The position numbers were made by a program, and so were the translations under genes. From IMG/VR virus record IMGVR_UViG_3300010347_002030: a DNA stretch of 64,000 nt; one strand, written 5' to 3'. This DNA is from a virus (lineage: Duplodnaviria > Caudoviricetes). The notes under the pieces are model-generated. The model did no database searches. It was not told the origin of the DNA and saw nothing but the letters and a program-made list of their open reading frames with translations. Positions 1-9,937 of this stretch are shown here, in pieces (position 1 is the first letter of the stretch; the number at the start of each line of letters is the position of its first letter).

Positions 1-527
1 TGCTTCAATAGAGCATCGTCAAAATACTGAAAATGAAGGTTACATGCTTCTCCTGCCAACACTTCGATATCTTCTGTTCCGGTAAAAATATGGTCATGGC
101 GAACCCCGGTATGTGGAAGATAAAACCCACGGTCATTGTCACTCTGGAGAGTCACCATACCATATTTTCTCGTGCTGGATCGTTTGCCGATTTCGCTTAG
201 ACAAAACGTTTGATTTCTGGTGTTCATCCCAGAGTCAACGAAGATGTAACCATTGAACCCACCTACTTGTTCGGCTACCTTCCGGACAGAATGATTGAAA
301 GTAACGTTGACAGTATGCATCTCGTTGACGTAGTTGTACCAGAGACGGTTCCCATAACGTTTTCGCAATCCCGCTTTGGTAGAATGACTCATGGCACATC
401 CACTGACGATGATTTTGAAGTTAGGATAGTCTTGTTCTAAAAGACTGTCAAGACAACTGATATACCAAAATAGATTGGTTCTCTGTCGCTCGCAAACATT
501 ATAGACTACTAAGAGATTATCGCTCAT
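1..527 (-). CDS. Glycosyltransferase (GT2-like), runs off window start
   Basis: Manual translation from ATG at 527: MSDNLLVVYNVCER...CLDSLLEQDYPNFKIIVSG...GYIFVDSG; GT-A-like N-terminus; not in the ORF track because it is truncated. Confidence 0.65.
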   Translation of the reverse strand, partial: MSDNLLVVYNVCERQRTNLFWYISCLDSLLEQDYPNFKIIVSGCAMSHSTKAGLRKRYGNRLWYNYVNEMHTVNVTFNHSVRKVAEQVGGFNGYIFVDSGMNTRNQTFCLSEIGKRSSTRKYGMVTLQSDNDRGFYLPHTGVRHDHIFTGTEDIEVLAGEACNLHFQYFDDALLK

Positions 528-1328
528 TGAATAATCCTTTTCTGTGTAAATAGGTAAGGAAAGTTTTAGTGGGGTCTTTGTAGTACTCTACTATAACAGA
601 TTGAAAATAATTTCTTGCTGCTTTGCCACGTTCAATAAGTTCTGAAAGTGGCGTATCGAGTATTTTTTGAAAATCCCGCATCAAATCCTCTGGGGGTAAA
701 GATGGTGGTATCTTAAAGACAAAATCCATCTTATGCACATCGTCCCCAACAAACCTTTCGTTTCCTATTACGACAGGAACTCTTCCAAAAAACATGCCTC
801 GTAAAATCGAGCCGTGTTGTGCTCCATTCCGACTGGACATAAAGCTAGAAGGTGTTTATAAATCATCTCACAATATTCGTTAATATGTGAACTTCCTATT
901 TCGCTAAACGAACGAAGTTCGGCAGTGAAACGAAACTCTCCCGGTAATTTCATTTCCCGAGCCGTTTTGAAAAACTCTCTATAATCATCTTGGTTGAAGT
1001 AGTGGTAGTTTTGTGTTTCAGGTTGTAAAATAGCGTATTCATCTTTGTAAGATTCTCCGACAGTACTGTTTAATACTGCTTTTGACCACGCCCAAACATG
1101 GCTACAAAGACCCTCTTGAATAATGATGAAATCAAAGCTGTTATCTTCAAATGTCTTTAGCTTTTTCCAAATAAGATAGATATGATTTGTTGTTACATCG
1201 AAGGTAGTTCTGTATGTAACAATTTCCGATCCCGGATGTTCGGCTTCGATTGTTCTTTTCAGATTGTCAACCCACGCATGATTGACGGGATCTACTCCTC
1301 TTGAATCTGTCGCTATAAAAATTCTCAT
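517..1328 (-). pseudogene. Frameshifted ORF pair: SGNH-like N-terminus and exostosin/GT47-like C-terminus
   Basis: ORF 768-1328 ends ALCPVGMEHNTARFYEACF and ORF 517-840 continues FGRVPVVIG; one more T in the T6 run (787-792) joins them into the GT47-type LCPxG...RFYEA...GxVPV motif. Confidence 0.5.
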
Positions 1329-2500
1329 AGATGGTTCAATATATCGGTTAACCAGCGAATTTGTTCAACGTCCAGTTCAGGATAGTTTCCAATATACCAC
1401 CCGAAGAAGTGAACGTAATCAACGTTTGTAAATAACTTGGCAAATTCGGTTCCAAAGCGACGAGTCAAGTAAGGTTGGCGAAGTTGGTTTCCTCCACCGG
1501 ACATACCACGACGGAACTCAACTTCTTTTTCTCTAAGTACCTTTTCTACACGATCCCTCATTTCAAGATCCGGATGGCGAAGAAGAAGGGTAAAGGCATA
1601 GTTACTATTTCCGTTCCGGTCAAATTCTGTGTAATATTTCTTTGGGTCTAGGCCGTCTAGGAAAACATCTAGGTTTGCCTTTCTCTTCTTGTTATTGTCA
1701 TCAAGTCGAGGCAATTGGTTCAAAGCAAGCACTGCATTCAATTCGGTGGAACGCATATTATAGGCATCCTGAATAAATACAAAATCTGGATTCAAATCTG
1801 GAAGCTTGGCGATGGTTTCTTTTTTCAAATCTGTACTATCGGCTTCTCGAAGCATTCCATGAGAACGAAGCATTCTGCAACGTTCATAAAGAGTCTCATC
1901 ATTCGTGCAAATCATTCCTCCTTCAATTGAAGTCATATGATGAGCGTAATAGAAGGAGAAATTGGAAATATCGCCGATTGAACCTACTTTTTGGCCGTTA
2001 AATGTTGCTCCGTGTGATTCACAGCAATCTTCGATGAGAATGATACCCCTTTCTTTACAGCAATCATGAAGTTTCTGACTCATTCCGTTATATCCAAGAA
2101 TGTGAGTTAATAGAATGGCTCCAGTTCTTGGAGTAATCAAATCCAAAACTTTATTTTCATCCAGTGCCAAGTTTTTCAAGTTGATGTCGCAGAATACAGG
2201 AGTAAGTCCTGCATGAAGAATAGCAGAAATATCCGAAACCCAGTTCAATGGAGAAACAATAACTTCTTTTTTATCTGGAGGTAAAATTGCCGCTAAAACG
2301 GCAAGTGTGACAATATTGGCAGAACTACCAGAGTTCAGGAAGACGCTATATTTTACTCCAAGCCATTTGTTCCACTCTTGTTCAAACTCACGAACTTTTT
2401 TGTTATTTGTCAAAACGGGTAATGGTCTTTGAGACAAAAACCGAATCATTGCATCAGCATCATCATCGGTGATATTATTATACATTAAGGGCCATTTCAT
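1325..2500 (-). CDS. colD: DegT/DnrJ-family PLP enzyme, ColD-like GDP-4-keto-6-deoxymannose 3-dehydratase
   Basis: NSGSSAN, EDCCESHGA, SFYYAHHMTSIEGG with His at the usual PLP-Lys position; about 390 aa from the MKWPL start. Confidence 0.75.
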   Translation of the reverse strand: MKWPLMYNNITDDDADAMIRFLSQRPLPVLTNNKKVREFEQEWNKWLGVKYSVFLNSGSSANIVTLAVLAAILPPDKKEVIVSPLNWVSDISAILHAGLTPVFCDINLKNLALDENKVLDLITPRTGAILLTHILGYNGMSQKLHDCCKERGIILIEDCCESHGATFNGQKVGSIGDISNFSFYYAHHMTSIEGGMICTNDETLYERCRMLRSHGMLREADSTDLKKETIAKLPDLNPDFVFIQDAYNMRSTELNAVLALNQLPRLDDNNKKRKANLDVFLDGLDPKKYYTEFDRNGNSNYAFTLLLRHPDLEMRDRVEKVLREKEVEFRRGMSGGGNQLRQPYLTRRFGTEFAKLFTNVDYVHFFGWYIGNYPELDVEQIRWLTDILNHL

Positions 2501-3486
2501 AGATTTTCTTGTAGGAAACGATACATTTTTTCTTTCCAAATGTCAAGACGAAATTGATTATAATTAAATTTGGCTTTTTCGGAGCAATCTTTGTAAAAAG
2601 TAGAATCTGTTTTGAGACGCAAAGCCATGTCTCTTGCTGTTTTGACATCCTCTGGCTCTACGGATAGGTCTGGGAAACAGGTTCTTTGGGTATCGACTTT
2701 GATATTTCCAATGCAGGGGATTCCGAAATAGGCCAGATTAAGGCTAAAAGTTCCCGCTGCAATAGTTGGCATGAGGTGAACTCCATATTTGAACGTCGAG
2801 ACAATATTGATCCAATCGAACCAAAAGACTCGTGGTAGAACTCGAAGGTTAGGTACTTGGTCTTCTCCCGGTTGCGAACAATGAGAAGATTGTACATAGA
2901 TGGGAACCTCAAATTCGGAAGCCACTAAGTAACTTTGAAACCCACCATACCATCGACAAAAGTTACCCCCGATGATTGCTTTGTCTTCTGGTTTGGAAGA
3001 AATATTCCGGATCAATTCTTCTATCATTAACGTTGGTATCGTTGTAACTTTTTTATTGGGGAACCACCCCTTATACCATTTCGTGTCGTAATCGTTATGA
3101 GCAAAGATAACGTCGCACTCTGCCAACTGGTTATAGAAGTTGAATTGATCCGGTAAAGAAAAATCATTCACATACCACGTCGGACCTTCTTGAACGTAAG
3201 CAACTCGTTTGTTTTGCTTTTTTAGAGTCTCGACAAATGGTTGTGCATAGAGAGCCGCAAACCGATTTGGGTTATCATTAAGTCGCAGACCCTCCGAGTT
3301 GAGAGATACCCCTCCCTTTGGGAGTATAAGCATAACCCAATCATATCCAGCAACCGTAGGATATTCGGTTACATTAAAATGGTCGGCTTGGAGGGCGTGC
3401 ATCCATGCAAACTCTGTCCTCATATTGGGATGGTTTGCCGAAATCTTTCCTTTGAACCCCATTTCAGTTAAGAATGCAACTTTCAT
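2497..3486 (-). CDS. Hypothetical glycosyltransferase-like protein (GT-B type)
   Basis: 329 aa in a GT operon with overlapping start/stop; GT-B-like C-terminus (AAGTFSLNLAYFGIPCIG). Confidence 0.5.
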   Translation of the reverse strand: MKVAFLTEMGFKGKISANHPNMRTEFAWMHALQADHFNVTEYPTVAGYDWVMLILPKGGVSLNSEGLRLNDNPNRFAALYAQPFVETLKKQNKRVAYVQEGPTWYVNDFSLPDQFNFYNQLAECDVIFAHNDYDTKWYKGWFPNKKVTTIPTLMIEELIRNISSKPEDKAIIGGNFCRWYGGFQSYLVASEFEVPIYVQSSHCSQPGEDQVPNLRVLPRVFWFDWINIVSTFKYGVHLMPTIAAGTFSLNLAYFGIPCIGNIKVDTQRTCFPDLSVEPEDVKTARDMALRLKTDSTFYKDCSEKAKFNYNQFRLDIWKEKMYRFLQENL

Positions 3487-4223
3487 AGTTTTGGTTTACT
3501 ATCAAAGACATTATGACCACGATTCTCTTCTTCTGTAAACCATTCGTTGTAACGTTTGTTAGTTTTTAATTGGGTTTCTATAGTTTTATCGTGATAGAGT
3601 GCTAAGTCTGTATCGTCTGGTAACTTTGCAAATTTATCATGACCCTCGATTTTTTCATGAAGTCGCCTGTCCCATTTGATTCGAGATGGGTCTCTTCTAT
3701 AAATGCGACTTTGATAATCCGGCCAATTAACTATAGGTCGATTATCACAAGCCGGACATGGAGTTAATTTCCACCCCCATTGAGCGGCGTGTTTCGGAGT
3801 TACCCCAAGGAAATCGTTGATACGAGGCACATAAATCAAATCAACTTCTTGATTTGATTCGATAATTGGCTTCAAATTGATGATGAGATTTGGATTTGGA
3901 ATTTCATCTCCATCAATTTGAAAAATCCAATCCCCGGTACACTGTTCATTTCCGAAGTTCTTATGCGCTCCATAGTTTTTATTAAGAGCATGTTGAATTA
4001 TTCGAACGTTGGGAATTTTTTCAATGTTCCCAAGAGAAGACAGAACAGTTATTTTCGCAGCATATTGCCATTTTTGAAGAATCTCTTTAGTCTTAGGATT
4101 GTCAGAGAAGTCATCTAATATAAGAATTTCGTCTTCGTTGTCCTTGTGCGTCACCAATGTCATGATGCACTTGTCCAACGAGGCGTCTTCATTGTGACAG
4201 GTTACCAAATAACTGATTTTCAT
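3483..4223 (-). CDS. Glycosyltransferase family 2
   Basis: ISYLVTCHNE, LDDFSD, WIFQIDGDE (DxD), PDYQSRIY, LHEKI. Confidence 0.85.
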   Translation of the reverse strand: MKISYLVTCHNEDASLDKCIMTLVTHKDNEDEILILDDFSDNPKTKEILQKWQYAAKITVLSSLGNIEKIPNVRIIQHALNKNYGAHKNFGNEQCTGDWIFQIDGDEIPNPNLIINLKPIIESNQEVDLIYVPRINDFLGVTPKHAAQWGWKLTPCPACDNRPIVNWPDYQSRIYRRDPSRIKWDRRLHEKIEGHDKFAKLPDDTDLALYHDKTIETQLKTNKRYNEWFTEEENRGHNVFDSKPKL

Positions 4224-4226
4224 TCA

Positions 4227-5627
4227 TTAGCTCTTGTTTTCACTAATAGGCATCGCTTTGATTTGCTCCTGAGTAGGAGGATTGGTTGGGGTAGATGGCT
4301 TCAATTTTGGAAGTTCCAATTTTTTCAGTTTCGGAAGTACGATCTGAGCAGGCATTGCAAACTTCGGTACATATTTGTCCAAAATAGCGTGAAATGCTTT
4401 GTCCATCGCTTCTATAGAAAACTTTTCGGCATTTTCGGTTCGTAAAGCCTCTGCGTTTGGAAGCAATTTTTCATAGTTCTGGAAAACGTATCGGAGTTTT
4501 TCCTTTGCCTTGGTATAATCCACGGTAAACCATTGAGCTTCTCTAATAAACCAGTCATTGACGGCTTCTTCGGGAATTGCTTCCAATTTACCATCCAAAA
4601 GATTAGCTAATTTCGGATTAAGAAAATCCAAATGGCCACTCCAGTTTGGAGCCAATAGGGGTTTTCCACTAAGAGTTGAGAGTAAAAGAGGATGACCGAA
4701 CCCTTCTCCGTGAGCAAAAGAAACGTGAACTTTTACTTTTTTGTGATTATACAGAGCGTTCATCTCGACTTCGCTTAGCTCGCCGTGAATCAGGTACACA
4801 TTAGGCCATTGTGAAATCGTTGGATTTTCACCTTTTACAAGTTCGGTTACTTCATGGATTTTTTGGATACAATCGTGCTTGTCAATGTTTGATAAGGTAG
4901 CTCCACTAGTTTTCAAAATTAAACAAGGAGCTTTGGTTTGACCTCTAAAGGCTTCGAGAAATGTTTTGATGAGCCATCCAATAGCTTTTCTGTCGGCATT
5001 CATTGAACCGCCCGTCCATTGTCCGACAAACAAGAAAGCAAATTCTTCCTTGACTTTTGCCATTACTTGTTCTAAGGAATCAATAACCATATCCGTCTTA
5101 TGGAAAATCTTGGTATCGGCACCCCAAAAAAGGATTTCGATTGGGGTTTTAACAACCAAAGGCTCAATTATTCCATTCGGAAGTTTTTTAGAATATTGAG
5201 CTTGGGCTAGTACATCTTTGCCGTGTTTCGACATGACAATGTTCAAATCCATTCGATTTAATCCCTCAATCCATTCGGCTCGTGGAACGGTGGTTTCGAT
5301 GGAAGCTGTCATGCCAATGTTAAACTTACCAATTCTCATTGGCCCCTGTGGCGTCAAAAGAAACTCATTCGGAATAGTACATTGAATGAAGACTTCTGGC
5401 TGAGCTTGAAGTGGTCCACGTAGAATTTTTTCAAGAAGTTGACGGCCTTCTGGGTCTTGGATTTCAGAATCTAAGTTTTTTTTACTACAATGTCCCCAAC
5501 GTGTAGGAACAATATGTAGTTCAAATTTGTCGTATCGCAAAAGACTCTTAGCTATTGCTAGAGCCCAGTCTCCGTAGCCGCTACGGGTCCAAATAGGTGA
5601 TTGAAATATGCAGACAGGTTTGTTCAT
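4227..5627 (-). CDS. Glycosyltransferase (GT4-like)
   Basis: TRSGYG N-terminus; HGEGFGHPLL; NWSGHLDF. Confidence 0.8.
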   Translation of the reverse strand: MNKPVCIFQSPIWTRSGYGDWALAIAKSLLRYDKFELHIVPTRWGHCSKKNLDSEIQDPEGRQLLEKILRGPLQAQPEVFIQCTIPNEFLLTPQGPMRIGKFNIGMTASIETTVPRAEWIEGLNRMDLNIVMSKHGKDVLAQAQYSKKLPNGIIEPLVVKTPIEILFWGADTKIFHKTDMVIDSLEQVMAKVKEEFAFLFVGQWTGGSMNADRKAIGWLIKTFLEAFRGQTKAPCLILKTSGATLSNIDKHDCIQKIHEVTELVKGENPTISQWPNVYLIHGELSEVEMNALYNHKKVKVHVSFAHGEGFGHPLLLSTLSGKPLLAPNWSGHLDFLNPKLANLLDGKLEAIPEEAVNDWFIREAQWFTVDYTKAKEKLRYVFQNYEKLLPNAEALRTENAEKFSIEAMDKAFHAILDKYVPKFAMPAQIVLPKLKKLELPKLKPSTPTNPPTQEQIKAMPISENKS

Positions 5628-5633
5628 AAAATT

Positions 5634-5921
5634 TTACGATCTTTGGCATCCAGTTTTTTTATCGCAATTGCAGTTTGGGGCTTCACATTCCGACGCCCAC
5701 CCGGCTTCCTTACCAATTTCAAGGGGAACTGGAAAACCATCGCTCCAGTTGTGAATGGTGCATCGTGACTGCATGGCATCAAGCCTATCTGCGGCATCGG
5801 CCAATGCAAGATAGGCTCTTCTCCATGATGGGTTAAGGTTTCCTTGAGCCACGCTTTCAGCACTCTCACGGAGCCAAATCAAAAATTCACGGTCTAGGAT
5901 GTTTAATGGTGGTACTCTCAT
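5634..5921 (-). CDS. Hypothetical protein
   Basis: Fills the gap between dUTPase and GT, co-oriented; GAAAGG upstream. Confidence 0.5.
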   Translation of the reverse strand: MRVPPLNILDREFLIWLRESAESVAQGNLNPSWRRAYLALADAADRLDAMQSRCTIHNWSDGFPVPLEIGKEAGWASECEAPNCNCDKKTGCQRS

Positions 5922-5957
5922 TCGTTACCTTTCACATAATTTCTCTACGATGATTTT

Positions 5958-6710
5958 TCATTCTTGTCTTGTTTGCTTCATTCGCTCACTGTAAGGCAGT
6001 TGAGTCGGAACGCCGCCGCTTTTCAGATACGTTTTGAGAATATCTGGTCCATCCTGATTTTGTTTGGACTCAAACTTCTTTTGTTCTTCGGCAAACACTT
6101 CAACGAGCGGCTTGCCTTCTTTTTTATCCGTACTTCCAAAGCCACCGGCTCCACGCTGAGTTATGGACAGGTCTTCGACAAGCTCCCATTCTGCCATGAC
6201 AGTTTGTTCAAGAACGAGTTGGGCAATTTTGTCTCCCTTTTTATACACCTTTTCCATGTTAGGAGTGCCGAGAAGCTTCCCAGTAGAGGTGTAAGTGTAA
6301 TTATCGCCACCATCACTGAGAGCAACCTTTTGATATTCCATTGAGAAATCTTCGGGTTGCCAAATATACTTGAATCTGCAAATCACCATTCCCCGGTAAT
6401 CGTTGTCCACCAATCCAATGCTATTGGCCAACACTAGATTATATTTTGACACGGAGGAACGAGGATGAATGAGAGTATGGAATGTCATTGCGGATGGAGC
6501 AATAAAAAGGTTCGTTTCATATTCGATGTAATCTATCCGTTTCCATACTGCATCTTTTCCAACGGTTTCATTGGCTTGTTCCCCAACAATCTTTGGATCG
6601 CTTGTGGCAACAATATCGTAGCCAGCCGCTACTTCTGTTCCTTTTTGAGGAAGAGTAATGGGAATTTTGTTGCCTTTTTCGTCGTATAGCTGTTTAACGT
6701 AGATTTTCAT
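5958..6710 (-). CDS. dut: Trimeric dUTPase
   Basis: AAGYDI, PRSS, GLVDNDYRG, KIAQL, RGAGGFGST motifs. Confidence 0.92.
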   Translation of the reverse strand: MKIYVKQLYDEKGNKIPITLPQKGTEVAAGYDIVATSDPKIVGEQANETVGKDAVWKRIDYIEYETNLFIAPSAMTFHTLIHPRSSVSKYNLVLANSIGLVDNDYRGMVICRFKYIWQPEDFSMEYQKVALSDGGDNYTYTSTGKLLGTPNMEKVYKKGDKIAQLVLEQTVMAEWELVEDLSITQRGAGGFGSTDKKEGKPLVEVFAEEQKKFESKQNQDGPDILKTYLKSGGVPTQLPYSERMKQTRQE

Positions 6711-6835
6711 ATCATCATGTAACACTAATTTCCGGTGTTTTTCAACATATTTTACACCGGGAACGTATTTTTATTTCATCCACGTTGTCGTGGGAATCGG
6801 TTTCCAGTTCCCGTTGAGTAAAACAAACCGATAAG

Positions 6836-8356
6836 TCATAGTTTTGCAAGTTTGGCTTCGGTTTCTTTCAATTTGGTAGTTATCGCCGACATATCAATGG
6901 TTGGAATTTCAAATCCCATTGATTTTCCGTCCAACATCTTGTTTCCAACGTAGTCATCGGAGGTATAAAGTCCAAATGGTTTACGTGGTTTCCAGTTTCG
7001 GAATACGTATTCCATGCCTTCCACGAATTGGGCGCACATATTGGTGGCATTCAAACCTCCCTCATTACACACCCATCGGCGACCTTCTCGACCACACACT
7101 TCTCGTTGTGCTTTTGGCATCTTAAACCAATACATGAAGGCTTCTGCAATATCTTCCCACTTTACAAGATCATCGAAGATATAAGGAGTAGGAATGCTTC
7201 CTTGAACCAATCGAGTGACTGGCCACAATGGGTATGCCCAAATCCCGTGATTTTTATATTTACCGACATTGTTTGAACCAAACTGTTGGTTAAATTCAAC
7301 TGGTTTGCCTTCGTCATCGGTCTGACCAATTTGGTCTTGAAGACCTCCCGTGACAGTAGCGATAACTGGGGTTGCACACATCAAGGATTCAGCAATTGAC
7401 AAACCAAATCCTTCGTTGGATGATGCATTGATGGTCACATCAGCAAAGCTATAGAGGTAAGGCATTTCCTCGGGTGGAATCTTAGCTGGCGAGAAAACAA
7501 TATCGTAATCCGGACATAGAGCCTCTTTCAAAGCAACGAGGTTAGTTCCGGCTTCATGCATAATTTCTGTGTGAAGAAGTAAGCAACATTTCTTGGCAAC
7601 TTCCTTCGGAAGATTGTCGCAAAATGTTCGATAACCCAAAACGATATTACTGGTTCGTTTTCTTTGAACATTACGACTATTGTAGAAAATGACGAAATCG
7701 TATTTCTTTCCACGAAAAATAGAGTTGTAACGGTCTTGGTAATCCTGTGTGGTTGGATCCATTTTGTGGAAGATACTTTCGTTAATACCATGTGGAACAT
7801 AGTGCAATAGTGACCGTCCATTCATTGGTTCGTGAATTGTGCAACAGTTTTCTGGACCAAGTACCCAACGGTTGATGTTCATCGTCTGTTTGGAAATGCT
7901 GAACAAAGCATCACAGCTTTCGTAGAACGGACGATTATACATGGGATAAGGAATATCATCCCAGATGTTGAGATAAGTTAATGGAATTTTTTGACGCAGA
8001 CTATGTTCCAATTGGTATAACCATCCCCAGAAACGTGGGTCTGTAAAATGCATAATGGCATCCGGCTTTTCTTGTTGAATCACGGCATAAAGAATCTCTT
8101 CATTTCCATAACCATCAACAGGATAGAGCTTCACATAAACATCGTTGTCACTTTTAATTTTGCCTTGACCAATTAGGTCTTTTGTGGCTTGGGATAAGTC
8201 CATGATTTTTCCGCTGTCTGGGTTCTTAATAGCTCCCGCCATCTGAACCCAGTAGTATTTGTGAACGGTTCCGAGAACCAATTCACGGGACATCGTGGCA
8301 ACACCTGAATGCATTCTCAGGTCATCGGATAGTAACAATATCTTTTTCTTTGGCAT
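6836..8356 (-). CDS. Glycosyltransferase family 4
   Basis: SDDLRMHSGVAT, RNVQRK, NEGFGLSIAESLMCATPVI, TGGLQDQ. Confidence 0.85.
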   Translation of the reverse strand: MPKKKILLLSDDLRMHSGVATMSRELVLGTVHKYYWVQMAGAIKNPDSGKIMDLSQATKDLIGQGKIKSDNDVYVKLYPVDGYGNEEILYAVIQQEKPDAIMHFTDPRFWGWLYQLEHSLRQKIPLTYLNIWDDIPYPMYNRPFYESCDALFSISKQTMNINRWVLGPENCCTIHEPMNGRSLLHYVPHGINESIFHKMDPTTQDYQDRYNSIFRGKKYDFVIFYNSRNVQRKRTSNIVLGYRTFCDNLPKEVAKKCCLLLHTEIMHEAGTNLVALKEALCPDYDIVFSPAKIPPEEMPYLYSFADVTINASSNEGFGLSIAESLMCATPVIATVTGGLQDQIGQTDDEGKPVEFNQQFGSNNVGKYKNHGIWAYPLWPVTRLVQGSIPTPYIFDDLVKWEDIAEAFMYWFKMPKAQREVCGREGRRWVCNEGGLNATNMCAQFVEGMEYVFRNWKPRKPFGLYTSDDYVGNKMLDGKSMGFEIPTIDMSAITTKLKETEAKLAKL

Positions 8357-8362
8357 ATGTGC

Positions 8363-8797
8363 TTAGTAAATAACTTTGGCTTCTTTTACAAAAAACGAAA
8401 TTATCAACATGTTAGGTTTTCCTTCGTCGCTCCAGTTGTAGTCTCCAAATTGAACTTCCCCATCAACTCCTATGAATTCCCATGTAGTGTCCACTTGGGC
8501 GGTTGCACTTAAAATCTTAACGGTGATTTTAACTTCTTCTTTGGAGACCAAAGCAATAGCTGCTTCTTCCAAATTTGTTTCCAGAGGATTGTAGCATTGA
8601 AGTTCCAAATGACCAAGCCAACCTTTTTTGGTAAATGTTGGAGGCTGTATTCCTTTGATAACGTAGGATGGAAATCCGTCTATCTGGACAATGAAACGAT
8701 TGCTTACTTTTGGTTCAAATTGAACTTGTTCAAATCCCAACGCCTGTAAACGAGCTTTGAGGGTGGGAGAAACGGTTTCTTCTAATGATTGGTTCAT
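8363..8797 (-). CDS. Tail tube (T4 gp19-like) paralog
   Basis: FEPKVSNRFIVQIDGFPSYVIK, YNP, W, FGDYNW pattern typical of myophage tail-tube proteins. Confidence 0.6.
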   Translation of the reverse strand: MNQSLEETVSPTLKARLQALGFEQVQFEPKVSNRFIVQIDGFPSYVIKGIQPPTFTKKGWLGHLELQCYNPLETNLEEAAIALVSKEEVKITVKILSATAQVDTTWEFIGVDGEVQFGDYNWSDEGKPNMLIISFFVKEAKVIY

Positions 8798-8800
8798 AAA

Positions 8801-9166
8801 TTATTTCTGTTCAAGGACTCGACTGTTGTCGTTAAACTGTAGAAGGTCATTGATGGTTTTCATAATGTATGGGTCATGTTTGCTTTCTTTGATCCATACC
8901 ATTTCTTGACGAAACCCCATCTCAATGTTAAATGTGCCATCAGGATTGTTTAGAGTTCTCCTAATAAAATACCAAACAAACCCGGCTTTCGGATTCCTTT
9001 TCTCGATTTCATCGAGTTGTTCTTTGATTGGCCAAGTTGGAATCTCAAATTTGGAGTGTGGACCTCGAAAGTTTGTATCGGAGGTAACAGGAACAACATC
9101 TGAAAAATAGTCTTCCAAATCCTTTCGAGTTGCTACCAAAAGATGTTGCTTAATTATTTTATCCAT
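8801..9166 (-). CDS. Hypothetical protein
   Basis: 121-aa ORF tightly packed in the operon. Confidence 0.6.
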   Translation of the reverse strand: MDKIIKQHLLVATRKDLEDYFSDVVPVTSDTNFRGPHSKFEIPTWPIKEQLDEIEKRNPKAGFVWYFIRRTLNNPDGTFNIEMGFRQEMVWIKESKHDPYIMKTINDLLQFNDNSRVLEQK

Positions 9167-9405
9167 TATGACTGTGGTGGGGTTTCTGTTGCCGAAGTGG
9201 AGGTTTCTTCAACCTTCGGAATAGAATACGCAATAACGGTTTCTCTAAAAGAAGCGGAAACTTGATTATTGCCAACGAAAAGGTTAACACATTTCTCTAC
9301 AAGGGTTTGTAAAGAGATTTTATGGCGAACGCCGAGAATTTTTAACTCATCATAGAGATCGGTGGGGATTTTGACAGTTGTAGCTATTTTGTCTTTTTCT
9401 TTCAT
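9166..9405 (-). CDS. Ribbon-helix-helix-like small DNA-binding protein
   Basis: TTVKIPTDLYDELKILGVRHKISLQTLVEKCV matches the RHH strand-helix-helix pattern. Confidence 0.55.
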   Translation of the reverse strand: MKEKDKIATTVKIPTDLYDELKILGVRHKISLQTLVEKCVNLFVGNNQVSASFRETVIAYSIPKVEETSTSATETPPQS

Positions 9406-9493
9406 AAATCGAAAACAATTTTCAACACATAACACGTATTGAGTTACCAATACGTATGTGCGTAAAACTATTTTCGATTTATTTTATTTTGGG

Positions 9494-9937
9494 TTATTCA
9501 GTTTCCCATGGATACACTATCCAGTCGTTCTTCTGTTTTTCGGCTACGAAGAAGTCTGGACGGTGTTTGGGACTGTTTTCTGGGCACCAATGAAGAGTGG
9601 CTATCCAGAATTTGGGGATGAACTTGTAAATAAGTTCTTTGAAATACTGAATGGTTCCTCCGCTGTCAATAATATCGTCAACGAGAAGAAATGGAGTGTG
9701 AGGAAGATTTTCGATCCGACAAACGCATGACCCATCTGTGTGCTCTTTATCGCCGTACCGAGAAATCAAAATTGAGTGATGTTCCTTTCCTAGAGTGTAT
9801 GCCAGCCATTTACTGATATGAACTCCACCTCTCTCGATACCAACGATGTGTTCAAATTGATTTCGAATCGGAACAATCTGATTACATAGTTCCGTCATCA
9901 TTCTTGACGTATCTTGATTCGAGAGATAGATTTTCAT
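9494..9937 (-). CDS. Type I phosphoribosyltransferase (xanthine/guanine PRT-like)
   Basis: GIERGG, LLVDDIIDSGGT PRPP loop, WIVYPWE. Confidence 0.88.
   Translation of the reverse strand: MKIYLSNQDTSRMMTELCNQIVPIRNQFEHIVGIERGGVHISKWLAYTLGKEHHSILISRYGDKEHTDGSCVCRIENLPHTPFLLVDDIIDSGGTIQYFKELIYKFIPKFWIATLHWCPENSPKHRPDFFVAEKQKNDWIVYPWETE

Noticed and set aside
5624-5869. Alternative-frame ORF overlapping 5634-5921
   Set aside because: The overlapping frame has the ATG with an RBS and fits gene packing better
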